A stretch of DNA of 64,000 nucleotides, taken from NCBI GenBank assembly GCA_964543375.1, contig CAZIYD010000002.1:7354-71353 (forward strand), read 5' to 3'. Each line of letters begins with the position of its first letter. Positions within the stretch are counted from its first letter, which is position 1. Shown here one piece after another: positions 1-9,406 of the stretch. The DNA comes from an uncultured Muribaculaceae bacterium (GTDB lineage: Bacteria > Bacillota_I > Bacilli_A > RF39 > UBA660). Position numbers and translations under genes: made by a program. The notes under the pieces were generated by a model that did not search any database, had not been told where the DNA came from, and saw only the letters and a program-made list of their open reading frames with translations.

Positions 1-382
<382 letters not shown>

Positions 383-388
383 AATTAA

Positions 389-416
389 ATTATAACATTT
401 AATGAACATTTGTCAA
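389..416 (-). promoter_or_regulatory. sigma-A type promoter for the metG T-box leader
   Basis: Minus strand reads TTGACA-16nt-TATAAT (complement of 411-416 and 389-394), directly downstream of the mfd stop codon. Confidence 0.6.
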
Positions 417-420
417 CTTT

Positions 421-3400
421 TTATTTATCAACTATATTTAAAAATTCTAATGCATAAAAAAGAAAATGTTTATCTAATTTAAAAGTATCTAAAGTAACTT
501 TTAAACGCTTATATTCGTATGAGAATCTAAATTTTTTGTTTATAAACTGTGCTTCATAATATAAATCGTTTATATTTAATGTTTCTGTTTTTTCTCTAGT
601 AAATAGCAAATCTATGCTGTTTTTATTTTGATTTACTTTTTCTATACCCTTATCTCTAGCGAGTTTTTCAAACCATTCTTGATACATATAAAGTGTTAAA
701 TTATCAGATACTTTACCAAACCTATCTTCAATTTCTTCTTTTATCTCTAATAATTTTTCATAACTATCAATTTCATTTATCTTTTTATGTATTTCTATTT
801 TTATATTTTCATCTAAAACATATGTATCTTCTATGTGTGTGTCTATATTTATAAGTGGGGTTTGATCTTTTTCCAGTTTTTCTTTGTATGTACCTTTTAT
901 TTTTTCTACCTCTTCATTTATCATGCGAGTATATAATTCAATACCTACAGTATCAATAAAGCCGGACTGTTCACTACCCAATATATCTCCAGAACCTCTT
1001 ATTGAAAGATCTCTAATCGCAATGGACAGACCACTTCCAAGTTCCGTAAATTCTTTTATAGTTTTTAATCTTTTTGTTGCCATTTCACTTAATATTTTCT
1101 TTTTATCATACATTAAATAAGCATACGCAATTTTATTTGTTCTACCAACCCTTCCTCTTATTTGATATAACTGAGATAATCCAAATTTATCTGAATCTAT
1201 TATAATAAGGGTATTTACGTTAGGTATATCTATTCCCGTTTCTATTATTGTGGTACACACTAATATATCGTACTTTTTATCTATAAAGTCTATCATTATA
1301 TTTTCTATTTCATTTTTATTCATTTTACCGTGAGCGAATGTAATTTTAGAATCTGGAACTAGTTTTTCTATTTCTTTTACTTTAGATTCTATTTTTTCAA
1401 CATTATTAAAAAGGATATATACTTGTCCACCTCTAGACATCTCTTTATATATTGCCTCTTTTATTATAAGTGGATTTTCTTCGAGAACATAGGTTTGTAC
1501 TGGATATCTATTTATTGGAGGTGTTTCTATTAAAGAAAGGCCCCTTAAACCAACCATGGCCATTTGAAGAGTTCTTGGTATGGGTGTTGCGGATAAAGTT
1601 AAAACATCTATATTTGACTTGTATTCTTTAATTTTCTCTTTGTGAGTGACTCCAAAACGTTGTTCTTCATCTATAATAAGAAGTCCCAAGGATTTAAATT
1701 TAACATCTTTACTTAATAGTCTATGGGTTCCAAAAAGAATATCTATTTTTCCTTTTACTAAATCTTCTAAAATTTTATTTAATTCTTTTTTAGTGGTAAA
1801 TCTATTTAACAACGCAATAGAAACAGGATAATTTTTAAACCTTTCTAATGCGCTATTATATTGTTGTTTTGATAATAGTGTTGTTGGGCAAAGATATGCT
1901 ACTTGTTTATTATTTGATATTGCTTTAAAGATAGCTCTAAAAGCAACTTCTGTTTTTCCATATCCAACATCACCACATAGAATTCTATCCATTGGATATG
2001 GCAACTCCATATCATCTTTTATTTGTTTTGTAGATAATAGTTGATCTTTAGTTTCTTCGTATATAAATTCTTTTTCAAATTCTGTTTGATCTTCCGTATC
2101 TTTTGAAAAAGAGAAACCCTCTTGAAGTTTTCTTTCTGCAGAAACTTTTATTAATTTTTGAGCGATATCGTTTATTTTATTTCTCACTCTTAGTTTTGTT
2201 TTTTGCCAATCTGTTCCACCTAAACTATTTATTTTAGGTTTTGTTCCCTGACTTTCTTGAAATTTAGTTATTAAATCAATCTTTTCAACTGGAATATAAA
2301 GGTTTTCATTATTTTTATATTTAACCAATATATAGTCTTTTAAAACTCCGCCTTTTTCTAACGTAACGATTCCCGAATATATTCCAATCCCATGTGATTC
2401 GTGAACAACATAATCTCCAAAATTGAGTTTATTTATATCGTTTATTTTTGTGCCATATTTAAATTTACTTGCATATTTTGATTTTGTGCTTTTAGCTTTT
2501 AATATGTTTTTCTCACTAAAAACAACATAATTTTCGTAGATAAAACCATCATTTATCTTTTTTTCTAGTAAATTAATTGTATTTTCTTTTATATTTGATT
2601 CGTCTGTGATTATGGATTTATCTTTGATTATGTCTTTGATATTTAATATTTGCTTTTTTGATGAAAGAGCAATTATTACCGTTTTTTCTTGTTTTATATA
2701 CTGACTTATGTCTAAATTTAGTAATTCTATATTTTCTTCATAGTTATATTGATTTTTTACATCAAGAGTTATTGTTAAATCATAGTCTTTTGAACCTATA
2801 TTATCTAAACTACTTATATGAACTTCTTTATTCGCACTTATTTTATAAAGATCGTGTATATAGTTTGCTTCCTCGTTTTCTTTTATTTCTTTTGAATAAT
2901 TAAATATATCTTCTTCTAACTTATTATATGATGTGATTATTTGATTTATGTCTTTGTAAACTAATATAGAATTTTCTAAATAATCTAATATTGATGCTGT
3001 TTTTTCATAATTTTTTAAGTATTTTTGTTGTTTTTTTGCATCTTTGTTTTTTGAAATAAATTCACTCATTGGATATATTGTTATTTCATCTAGTTCTTTG
3101 ATTGATAATTGATTATCTATATCGAATTCTCTAATAGATTCTATTTGATCTCCAAAAAATTCTAATCTTATGGGATTTTCTTCTAAACAAGGGAAAATGT
3201 CGAGTATAAATCCTCTTTTTGCTATATCTCCAGTCTTTTTTACAAAACTATCTACTTCGTATCCTATTTCAAAAAGATGATTTATAAGATCATCTTTGTT
3301 TATATCTTGATTTAACTTTAAATTTAATATGCTATTTTTCCAATTTTCCTTTGTTGGAAGAATTCTTAAAAGCCCTGTTAAACTCGTTATTACTATTTTT

Positions 3401-3696
3401 TTTGAATTTGGTTGTACTATTTTATTTAGTGTTTCTAATCTAGTAACTTTTAATTCTGGACTTGTTGCATATATTTCTTCTGATATAAACTCATCAGTTG
3501 GAAAAAAAAGAACATCATTATTGTAGTTAGATATTGAATCGTAAATTTTGTTTGCTTCATATAAGGTATTTGCAACAACAAGTATATTTTTATCTTTTAA
3601 TGAATTTATATATATACTTAAAAATTCATCACTCTGACAAACTATTAAGGTCTTTTTTTCAATATTTGTGTTTATCTTATCGTATAAAAACTCCAT
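421..3696 (-). CDS. mfd: transcription-repair coupling factor
   Basis: 1091 aa. Superfamily-2 helicase motifs (LLCGDVGYGKTEVA Walker A, IIDEEQRFGV DEEQ box) in the C-terminal half and a UvrB-like N-terminal region. Size and layout fit Mfd rather than RecG. Sits in the pth-mfd neighbourhood. Confidence 0.9.
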   Translation of the reverse strand: MEFLYDKINTNIEKKTLIVCQSDEFLSIYINSLKDKNILVVANTLYEANKIYDSISNYNNDVLFFPTDEFISEEIYATSPELKVTRLETLNKIVQPNSKKIVITSLTGLLRILPTKENWKNSILNLKLNQDINKDDLINHLFEIGYEVDSFVKKTGDIAKRGFILDIFPCLEENPIRLEFFGDQIESIREFDIDNQLSIKELDEITIYPMSEFISKNKDAKKQQKYLKNYEKTASILDYLENSILVYKDINQIITSYNKLEEDIFNYSKEIKENEEANYIHDLYKISANKEVHISSLDNIGSKDYDLTITLDVKNQYNYEENIELLNLDISQYIKQEKTVIIALSSKKQILNIKDIIKDKSIITDESNIKENTINLLEKKINDGFIYENYVVFSEKNILKAKSTKSKYASKFKYGTKINDINKLNFGDYVVHESHGIGIYSGIVTLEKGGVLKDYILVKYKNNENLYIPVEKIDLITKFQESQGTKPKINSLGGTDWQKTKLRVRNKINDIAQKLIKVSAERKLQEGFSFSKDTEDQTEFEKEFIYEETKDQLLSTKQIKDDMELPYPMDRILCGDVGYGKTEVAFRAIFKAISNNKQVAYLCPTTLLSKQQYNSALERFKNYPVSIALLNRFTTKKELNKILEDLVKGKIDILFGTHRLLSKDVKFKSLGLLIIDEEQRFGVTHKEKIKEYKSNIDVLTLSATPIPRTLQMAMVGLRGLSLIETPPINRYPVQTYVLEENPLIIKEAIYKEMSRGGQVYILFNNVEKIESKVKEIEKLVPDSKITFAHGKMNKNEIENIMIDFIDKKYDILVCTTIIETGIDIPNVNTLIIIDSDKFGLSQLYQIRGRVGRTNKIAYAYLMYDKKKILSEMATKRLKTIKEFTELGSGLSIAIRDLSIRGSGDILGSEQSGFIDTVGIELYTRMINEEVEKIKGTYKEKLEKDQTPLINIDTHIEDTYVLDENIKIEIHKKINEIDSYEKLLEIKEEIEDRFGKVSDNLTLYMYQEWFEKLARDKGIEKVNQNKNSIDLLFTREKTETLNINDLYYEAQFINKKFRFSYEYKRLKVTLDTFKLDKHFLFYALEFLNIVDK

Positions 3697-3709
3697 TTTA
3701 GTACCTGTT

Positions 3710-4273
3710 TTATTGTTTTTTGTTATATTTCGTCATTAATTTTTCGAAATCAATAGTTAAAAAATCCATTAATATTTTATTTGTTGTAGAAAAAACATCC
3801 TTTAATATTTGTTTTTCTTCTTTACTAAATTTTCCTAAAACATAGTTCTTTTTATCAATATTATTATCTTTTGATATTCCTATTTTTAATCTTTTATAGT
3901 TTTTTGTATTTAGGTTATTTTCTATGTTTTTAAGTCCGTTGTGTCCAGCAGAGCTTCCAAACAATTTTAGTTTATAATTACCTATTTTTATATCCATATC
4001 ATCATTAATAACAATTATGTTCTCTATGTCTATTTTGTAAAAATTAATAAAGTTTTTTATAACTTCTCCAGATAAATTTATATATTTTAATGGTTTTAAT
4101 ATTATAACCTTTTCATTATTTATATTAAATATCCCATATATAGCATCCATCTTTTTTTCATTTAAATTGAGATTGTTTTTTTTACAAAATTCGTCGATAA
4201 CAGAAAAACCGACATTGTGTCTTGTCGACTTATAAAGTATTCCCGGATTTCCAAGACCTACTATTAACTTCAT
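3710..4273 (-). CDS. pth: peptidyl-tRNA hydrolase
   Basis: 187 aa, N-terminus MKLIVGLGNPGILYKSTRHNVGF is the Pth signature. Adjacent to mfd as in most bacteria. Confidence 0.92.
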   Translation of the reverse strand: MKLIVGLGNPGILYKSTRHNVGFSVIDEFCKKNNLNLNEKKMDAIYGIFNINNEKVIILKPLKYINLSGEVIKNFINFYKIDIENIIVINDDMDIKIGNYKLKLFGSSAGHNGLKNIENNLNTKNYKRLKIGISKDNNIDKKNYVLGKFSKEEKQILKDVFSTTNKILMDFLTIDFEKLMTKYNKKQ

Positions 4274-4289
4274 GTTATCACTCCTTTTA

Positions 4290-5069
4290 TTAAAGTATTG
4301 TTTCTTCTATTTGATCGTTTTCGTTTATTGTTTTATACTTTCTATTTAATATATCTACTGATATTACTCTTTTAATTCCATCTTTTGTCTTTAATTTTTC
4401 GCCAATATTAGGCAATCCTCTTCTAAATTCTTCATATAAGTCATTTTCGTATCCTAAACAACAAAGAAGTCTTCCGCACGCTCCATTTATTTTATTTGGA
4501 TTTAAAGCAAGATTTTGATTTTTTGCCATATTTATTGAAAGGCTATCAAAAGATTTTAAAAAAGTTGAACAACAAAGACATCTTCCACAAGAACCAATTC
4601 CACCGACTTCTTTTGCTTTATCTCTAACACCTATTTGTCTAAGTTCTATTCTTGTTTTATATATGGTTCCAAGTTCTTTTGCTAATTTTCTAAAATCTAC
4701 TCTTTCTTCTGATATGAAGTGAAATAATAATTGTTTTTTATCAAAAGTAAAGTTTGCATTTACTACTGTCATTTTTAAATTGTATTCTTTTATTAATTTT
4801 TCAGCACTTTTTACTGCCTCTTTAGCGATTTTTATGTTTTCTTCGTGCTTTTTTATATCTTCTTCAGTTGCTATTCTTATTACTGGTTTTAGCACGTTTA
4901 CTATTTTTGAACTCTCTAGTCCAGTTATATCGGTCATCGTTTTTCCAAATTGAAAACCTCTTTCTGTTTCCACTATAACAAATTGATTCTTTTTTAAATC
5001 AAGTTTGTTAGAAGAAAAATAATATATTTTATTGTTGTCTTCAAAAGATATGCCTATAACATCTATCAT
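4290..5069 (-). CDS. ricT: PSP1-domain protein (RicT/YaaT-like, Fe-S cluster-binding regulator)
   Basis: 259 aa with Cys clusters GSCGRCLCCSTF and GACGRLLCCLGYE typical of the PSP1 C-terminal domain. Located immediately downstream of holB as yaaT is in Bacillus. Confidence 0.7.
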   Translation of the reverse strand: MIDVIGISFEDNNKIYYFSSNKLDLKKNQFVIVETERGFQFGKTMTDITGLESSKIVNVLKPVIRIATEEDIKKHEENIKIAKEAVKSAEKLIKEYNLKMTVVNANFTFDKKQLLFHFISEERVDFRKLAKELGTIYKTRIELRQIGVRDKAKEVGGIGSCGRCLCCSTFLKSFDSLSINMAKNQNLALNPNKINGACGRLLCCLGYENDLYEEFRRGLPNIGEKLKTKDGIKRVISVDILNRKYKTINENDQIEETIL

Positions 5070-5998
5070 AAATTTACTCCTTCAAATTCAAATATTAATG
5101 AGTCAATAAGTAGATTAACATTTATATTATTTTTTATCAAATCTTTTTTATTTAATAATATATTTATTTTGTCTATTAACGAGTTTTTTGTGTTTTTTTC
5201 ATCAATTTTGATTAAATCAGACTTGAAATTGTTAAAAAACTTAGGTTTATTGCTAATTTTGTAACTAAATGCATCTTTATAAACAAGTATCATTATTTGA
5301 AAACAAGCTTCTACTTCTTCTCTTTTTTTGAATATATTGTGAAAGTATTCTCTACTGAAACAAATCATCTTTTCTTTTTGTTCCTCTAACTTCAGAATAA
5401 AATTAAATGTATTTTTTATAAAATTTATTCCGTAATCTTCTTTTTCATATTCTTCTTTTTCTATTATGTTTTTGAAAACGAAATATAATTGTTCATAAAT
5501 ATTTTTATCGATATTATTGTCTTTTGGAATATTTATAATTTGACACCTAGAAACTATCGTATCTAATACTCCACCTAAATTATTGGTTATAAGTATCGCT
5601 ATTATGTCGTCTTCTGGTTCCTCTAAAAATTTTAAGACACTATTTGATGATGATTGATTAAGTTTATTAGCCTCATGTATTACGTATATCCTTTTTTTTG
5701 CATTTAATGATTTTGTTTTAAAGTCGCTCTTTAGGGAGATCATTTGATCTTTTTTAATCCACATTCCATCTGGTCTTATTTCTTTTAATTCACTAAAGTT
5801 TTTATCATCTATGGCCTTTATTATTTGATTTTTGTTTTCTTTTGTTTCGTCTATAGTAAATATATTCTTTATAAATTTATAAATTATCTTTTCTGAAAGA
5901 GTGTTGTTATTAGTGACAAATAAATATGCATGAGAAAGATGGTTTAAAGCTAAATTTAACTGTTCTTCCAATTGTTCATATTTAATTTGATTTGTCAT
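5066..5998 (-). CDS. holB: DNA polymerase III delta-prime subunit
   Basis: 310 aa. N-terminal clamp-loader-like region with LSHAYLF motif (degenerate Walker A region typical of delta-prime). Conserved position upstream of ricT/yaaT. Confidence 0.75.
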   Translation of the reverse strand: MTNQIKYEQLEEQLNLALNHLSHAYLFVTNNNTLSEKIIYKFIKNIFTIDETKENKNQIIKAIDDKNFSELKEIRPDGMWIKKDQMISLKSDFKTKSLNAKKRIYVIHEANKLNQSSSNSVLKFLEEPEDDIIAILITNNLGGVLDTIVSRCQIINIPKDNNIDKNIYEQLYFVFKNIIEKEEYEKEDYGINFIKNTFNFILKLEEQKEKMICFSREYFHNIFKKREEVEACFQIMILVYKDAFSYKISNKPKFFNNFKSDLIKIDEKNTKNSLIDKINILLNKKDLIKNNINVNLLIDSLIFEFEGVNL

Positions 5999-6006
5999 AT
6001 TAACAC

Positions 6007-6609
6007 CTATTCTGAGATCTTCTTTCTATCAGATATGGCCATTTCCAAAGTTAAAGAATCCAAATACTCCATATCTGTTCCAAGAGGAACACCATGTGCT
6101 ATTTTTGATACTATGGTTTTTGTGTCTTTTAAGGTTTTAAGTATATAAAGGGAGGTAGTTTCTCCTTCTATTGTTGGTTTAACAGCGATAATTACTTCTT
6201 TTATTCCTTCTTTTTTTACTCTCTCTATTAAACTATTGATACTTATATCTTCTGGATTAATCCCATTTAAAGGGGAAATTAAACCTCCTAAAACATGATA
6301 TAAACCTTTATAATTACCTGTTTTTTCGAATAATATTAAATTTTTTGCATCTTCTACAACACAAATAGTTTTTCTATCTCTTTTTAAATCGTTACATATT
6401 GAACATTTATCCGTTTCAGTTAGGTTATTACAAATAACACATTTCTTTATTTTGTTTTTTACGTCCTCTATTGATCTTGAAAATTTAATAACGCTTTCTT
6501 CTTCTAAGTTTAAAACAGAAAACGCTAACCTTTCTGCCGTTTTTTCTCCAATTCCTGGCAAAATTTTAAAAGAATCTATTAAGTTTTTTAAGCTTTCTGG
6601 ATAATTCAT
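6007..6609 (-). CDS. recR: recombination protein RecR
   Basis: 200 aa. MNYPESLKNLIDSFKILPGIGEKTAERLAF (HhH) plus C4 zinc finger CVICNNLTETDKCSIC and Toprim region. Conserved dnaX-ybaB-recR order. Confidence 0.95.
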   Translation of the reverse strand: MNYPESLKNLIDSFKILPGIGEKTAERLAFSVLNLEEESVIKFSRSIEDVKNKIKKCVICNNLTETDKCSICNDLKRDRKTICVVEDAKNLILFEKTGNYKGLYHVLGGLISPLNGINPEDISINSLIERVKKEGIKEVIIAVKPTIEGETTSLYILKTLKDTKTIVSKIAHGVPLGTDMEYLDSLTLEMAISDRKKISE

Positions 6610-6612
6610 TTT

Positions 6613-6906
6613 TTAAAAACCCAAAGAACCTAAATTATATTTTCCTAATTTTGATTCTAACTCTTTATCAACTTGCCCAAAAGCTTCATTTAAAGATACT
6701 AAAATTAAATCTTCTAAGACCTCTATATCTTCTTTTGTTATATTATCATTAGAAATTTTAATTCTTAATACCTCTTTTTTCCCATTTACTGAAACTTCAA
6801 CTAAAGATTTAGAAACAACAAAAGTTTTTGATTCTACTTCCTCTTTCGCTTTTGTTATCTCTCTTTGCATTTTTTGTGCTTGTTGCATCATTGCTTGCAT
6901 ATTCAT
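6613..6906 (-). CDS. ybaB: nucleoid-associated protein YbaB/EbfC
   Basis: 97 aa. MNMQAMMQQAQKMQ N-terminus typical of the YbaB family. Lies between dnaX and recR. Confidence 0.92.
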   Translation of the reverse strand: MNMQAMMQQAQKMQREITKAKEEVESKTFVVSKSLVEVSVNGKKEVLRIKISNDNITKEDIEVLEDLILVSLNEAFGQVDKELESKLGKYNLGSLGF

Positions 6907-6910
6907 AATT

Positions 6911-8593
6911 TTATTCCTCCATTTCGATAATACCTAATCCAAAGTCATTTATAGTTTCCTCTAATTCACTATTTGATGTTTCTATTTTGCAAGAAATAGT
7001 TTCTTCTTCTATTTCTTCCATTAGCTCTATTTTTTTGTTATTCTTCTTTAATTCAATGTATTTTGGTCTTAACTCTTTCCATTTATCTTCACTTATCGCC
7101 ACTATCTTGTATTTTTTATTTAATAGTTCACTTACAATTTTTTCTATTTTATTTTTATTTTGATCGTGTTCATAGACTAAACTGTCATATTTGTAAGTTA
7201 ATAAGAGTCTGTCTTCGCTCGCAGCATTAACATTACAATCCATTAAAATCGTTGCAATCGCTTTATATTTGTTTGTTGCTAAATATTTATTTAATTTCAT
7301 AAATGATTTTTTTACTTCATCTTTACAATCTTTATTAGCTAAAGCAATTGTATTGTTTATTAGTGCTTCCTTTAAAGAATAAGAGTACTCGATATTTATT
7401 TTTTGAATTTTTTCTTCATTCTTTTCATCTTTTTGTTCTTCTTTTAAATCTGTTTTGTTTTCTAATTCAATAACTTGTTTAAATTCGTAATTGGCTTTTT
7501 CCTCTTTTTGCTCTTCTTTGTTTGTTAGTTTAAACAAAGATAACTCAAATAATATGTTGGGATTAGATGATTTTTTCATGTTTTCCAATAAATTATTTAG
7601 TTCTTCTATTATTTCGCTTAATTTATCTTTTGAAACACGTTCATCTAAATTTATTAAATCCTCTTTATAGTGAATTGTTTTTTTATCAAAATATTTTTTA
7701 GCATTTTTATATATAAGCAAATTTATTAAAAAATCTATCAAGGTTTCGGTTATAACTTCAAAGTTTTTTCCTTCATTATATAAATCTTCAGTAATCTCTA
7801 TTAGTGAACTTATATCATTTTCAAAGATTTTTTCTAATATATTTATTATTTTTGAAGTTTCTAAATTGCCCGTTAATTCATACAAGATTTCAACTGTTAT
7901 ATTACCATTTGAAAATGAATTTGCTTGATCCAAAAGTCCTATAGCATCTCTAAGAGAACCATCAGAAATTTTGGCTATTTCAAGTAAACAAGCAGAATCT
8001 ATTTCTATTTTTTCTTTTTTTGCTATGGTTTTCAATCTTTTTTGAATTTCAATAATTGGAATTTTCTTAAAATCAAAGCGTTGGCATCTAGAAATTATTG
8101 TAACTGGAATTTTTTGTGGTTCTGTTGTTGCTAAAATAAACATTGCATGCATTGGTGGTTCTTCCAAAGTTTTTAACAATGCATTAAATGCTCCAATCGA
8201 AAGCATGTGAACTTCATCAATAATATAAACTTTGTATTTGCAAAAAACAGGAACTAATGCCGCTTTATTCTTTATTTCTCTTATTTCATCAACTCCGTTA
8301 TTAGATGCAGCATCTATTTCTATAATGTCAGGATTTTCATCTATGGTTTTTGTTTCACAAACCTTACATTTTTTACAAGGTAAACCATTTTTTAAATCTT
8401 CACAATTTATAGTTTTGGCAAAAATCTTTGCAACTGTGGTTTTTCCGGTTCCTCTTGTTCCAGTAAATAAATATGCATGACCAACTTTATTTTCTTTTAT
8501 TGAGTTAGTTAAAGTTTTTATTATTGGATCTTGTCCAATTACATCTTCAAATTCAATAGGTCTATATTTTCTATATAAAGCTTTGTATTGCAT
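6911..8593 (-). CDS. dnaX: DNA polymerase III subunits gamma/tau
   Basis: 560 aa. N-terminus MQYKALYRKYRPIEFEDVIGQD, Walker A GTRGTGKTT, zinc module CEDLKNGLPCKKCKVC and clamp-loader AAA+ core. Confidence 0.93.
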   Translation of the reverse strand: MQYKALYRKYRPIEFEDVIGQDPIIKTLTNSIKENKVGHAYLFTGTRGTGKTTVAKIFAKTINCEDLKNGLPCKKCKVCETKTIDENPDIIEIDAASNNGVDEIREIKNKAALVPVFCKYKVYIIDEVHMLSIGAFNALLKTLEEPPMHAMFILATTEPQKIPVTIISRCQRFDFKKIPIIEIQKRLKTIAKKEKIEIDSACLLEIAKISDGSLRDAIGLLDQANSFSNGNITVEILYELTGNLETSKIINILEKIFENDISSLIEITEDLYNEGKNFEVITETLIDFLINLLIYKNAKKYFDKKTIHYKEDLINLDERVSKDKLSEIIEELNNLLENMKKSSNPNILFELSLFKLTNKEEQKEEKANYEFKQVIELENKTDLKEEQKDEKNEEKIQKINIEYSYSLKEALINNTIALANKDCKDEVKKSFMKLNKYLATNKYKAIATILMDCNVNAASEDRLLLTYKYDSLVYEHDQNKNKIEKIVSELLNKKYKIVAISEDKWKELRPKYIELKKNNKKIELMEEIEEETISCKIETSNSELEETINDFGLGIIEMEE

Positions 8594-8654
8594 TTTGCCT
8601 CCATATTTACAGTTTAATTATAACATGTTATTGTACTATATTTATAAATAACAA

Positions 8655-9083
8655 CTACTTTTTTCTTTGAATTTCAAAAAATTCTTTTATTATATCTTTA
8701 GACTCGTTTTCCATTAAACCGTATTCTATATCAATGTTATTTTGTTTTATTATTACATCTAAACTCTCTTTATAACGGTTGTTCCTAACAGAAGCATAAA
8801 TCTTCTTTATTCTCGTTTCTGCTATCAACCCCATACACATAATACACGGTTCTAGGTTTACAAATAGTAAACAACCATTTAATCTCCAATCGCCAAGTTT
8901 TTTACAAGCCTTTTTTATAGCAATTATTTCAGCATGATCAAACGGATTGTTATTTGATTCTTTTTTGTTGTGTGCTTTTGAGATTATTTTTCCATCACAA
9001 ACAACTATAGCCGCTACAGGTGTTTCATTGTTTTTGAAAGCTTTTTTTGCTTCTTTAATAACTTCTATCATATAAGATTTCAT
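8655..9083 (-). CDS. tadA: tRNA-specific adenosine deaminase
   Basis: CDA-fold zinc motifs HAEIIAI and PCIMC. Start placed at MKSYMIEV (complement 9081-9083), preceded by GGAGG-7nt. The longer ORF in the track (to 9113) starts inside a palindromic repeat and has no RBS. Confidence 0.85.
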   Translation of the reverse strand: MKSYMIEVIKEAKKAFKNNETPVAAIVVCDGKIISKAHNKKESNNNPFDHAEIIAIKKACKKLGDWRLNGCLLFVNLEPCIMCMGLIAETRIKKIYASVRNNRYKESLDVIIKQNNIDIEYGLMENESKDIIKEFFEIQRKK

Positions 9084-9095
9084 TTTGTTCCTCCA

Positions 9096-9176
9096 ATGTT
9101 CCACGTGGAACATAGTTTTTCTTATTAAAATTATTTCCCGGGAAATAATTTACCCTTAATGTTTCACGTGGAACAT
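9096..9176. repeat. composite palindromic repeat unit, copy 1 (ATGTTCCACGTGGAACAT - 17 bp - ATTTCCCGGGAAAT - 15 bp - ATGTTTCACGTGGAACAT)
   Basis: Read directly. Two near-identical 18-bp CACGTG-centred palindromes flank a 14-bp perfect CCCGGG-centred palindrome. An 82-bp near-identical copy lies at 9325-9405 on the other side of the SRP RNA gene. Confidence 0.75.
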
Positions 9177-9178
9177 TA

Positions 9179-9258
9179 AAAATGACGTACACGAATCGGG
9201 TTTGATTGGCTGCTACCTCTCGGTCCTGACCTGGTTATCAAGTGACTCGTTACGTCTC
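9179..9258 (-). ncRNA. ffs: signal recognition particle RNA (small 4.5S-type)
   Basis: Minus-strand sequence GAUAACCAGGUCAGGACCGAGAGGUAGCAGCCAAUCAAACC matches the universal SRP RNA domain IV (E. coli ACCAGGUCAGGUCCGGAAGGAAGCAGCCAAGG). Flanking GACGUA...UACGUC closing helix and a 3' U-run. Length about 80-100 nt, so the ends are approximate. Confidence 0.75.
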
Positions 9259-9262
9259 TTTA

Positions 9263-9291
9263 ATTATATTTTATAAGTTAAAATTAATCAA
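9263..9291 (-). promoter_or_regulatory. promoter of SRP RNA gene
   Basis: Minus strand TTGATT-17nt-TATAAT, ending about 7 nt upstream of the predicted SRP RNA 5' end. Confidence 0.5.
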
Positions 9292-9324
9292 CATTTATTG
9301 TTTTAATCTTTAGTTGGAGAGTTT

Positions 9325-9405
9325 ATAGTTTCACGTGAAACATAGTTTATTTTATCAAATTATTTCCCGGGAAATAATTTCCTCTTAATGTTTCACGTGG
9401 AACAT
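9325..9405. repeat. composite palindromic repeat unit, copy 2
   Basis: ATAGTTTCACGTGAAACAT...ATTTCCCGGGAAAT...ATGTTTCACGTGGAACAT. Ends 2 nt from the gyrA stop codon and lies just upstream of the ffs promoter. Confidence 0.75.
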
Positions 9406-9406
9406 A

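Noticed and set aside
884-3526. Several plus-strand 60-80-aa ORFs inside mfd (884-1120, 1646-1831, 2658-2903, 3329-3526)
   Set aside because: Antisense shadows within a 1091-aa gene with strong homology-type motifs. No RBS and biased composition.
9084-9113. N-terminal extension of tadA (MFHVEHWRNK) as given in the ORF track
   Set aside because: This start codon lies inside the palindromic repeat and has no RBS. An internal ATG at 9083 with GGAGG spacing gives a normal-length TadA.
9096-9405. Possible CRISPR array (repeated palindromic units)
   Set aside because: Only two repeat copies, each itself a composite of three palindromes, and separated by an SRP RNA gene rather than unique spacers. 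No cas genes.
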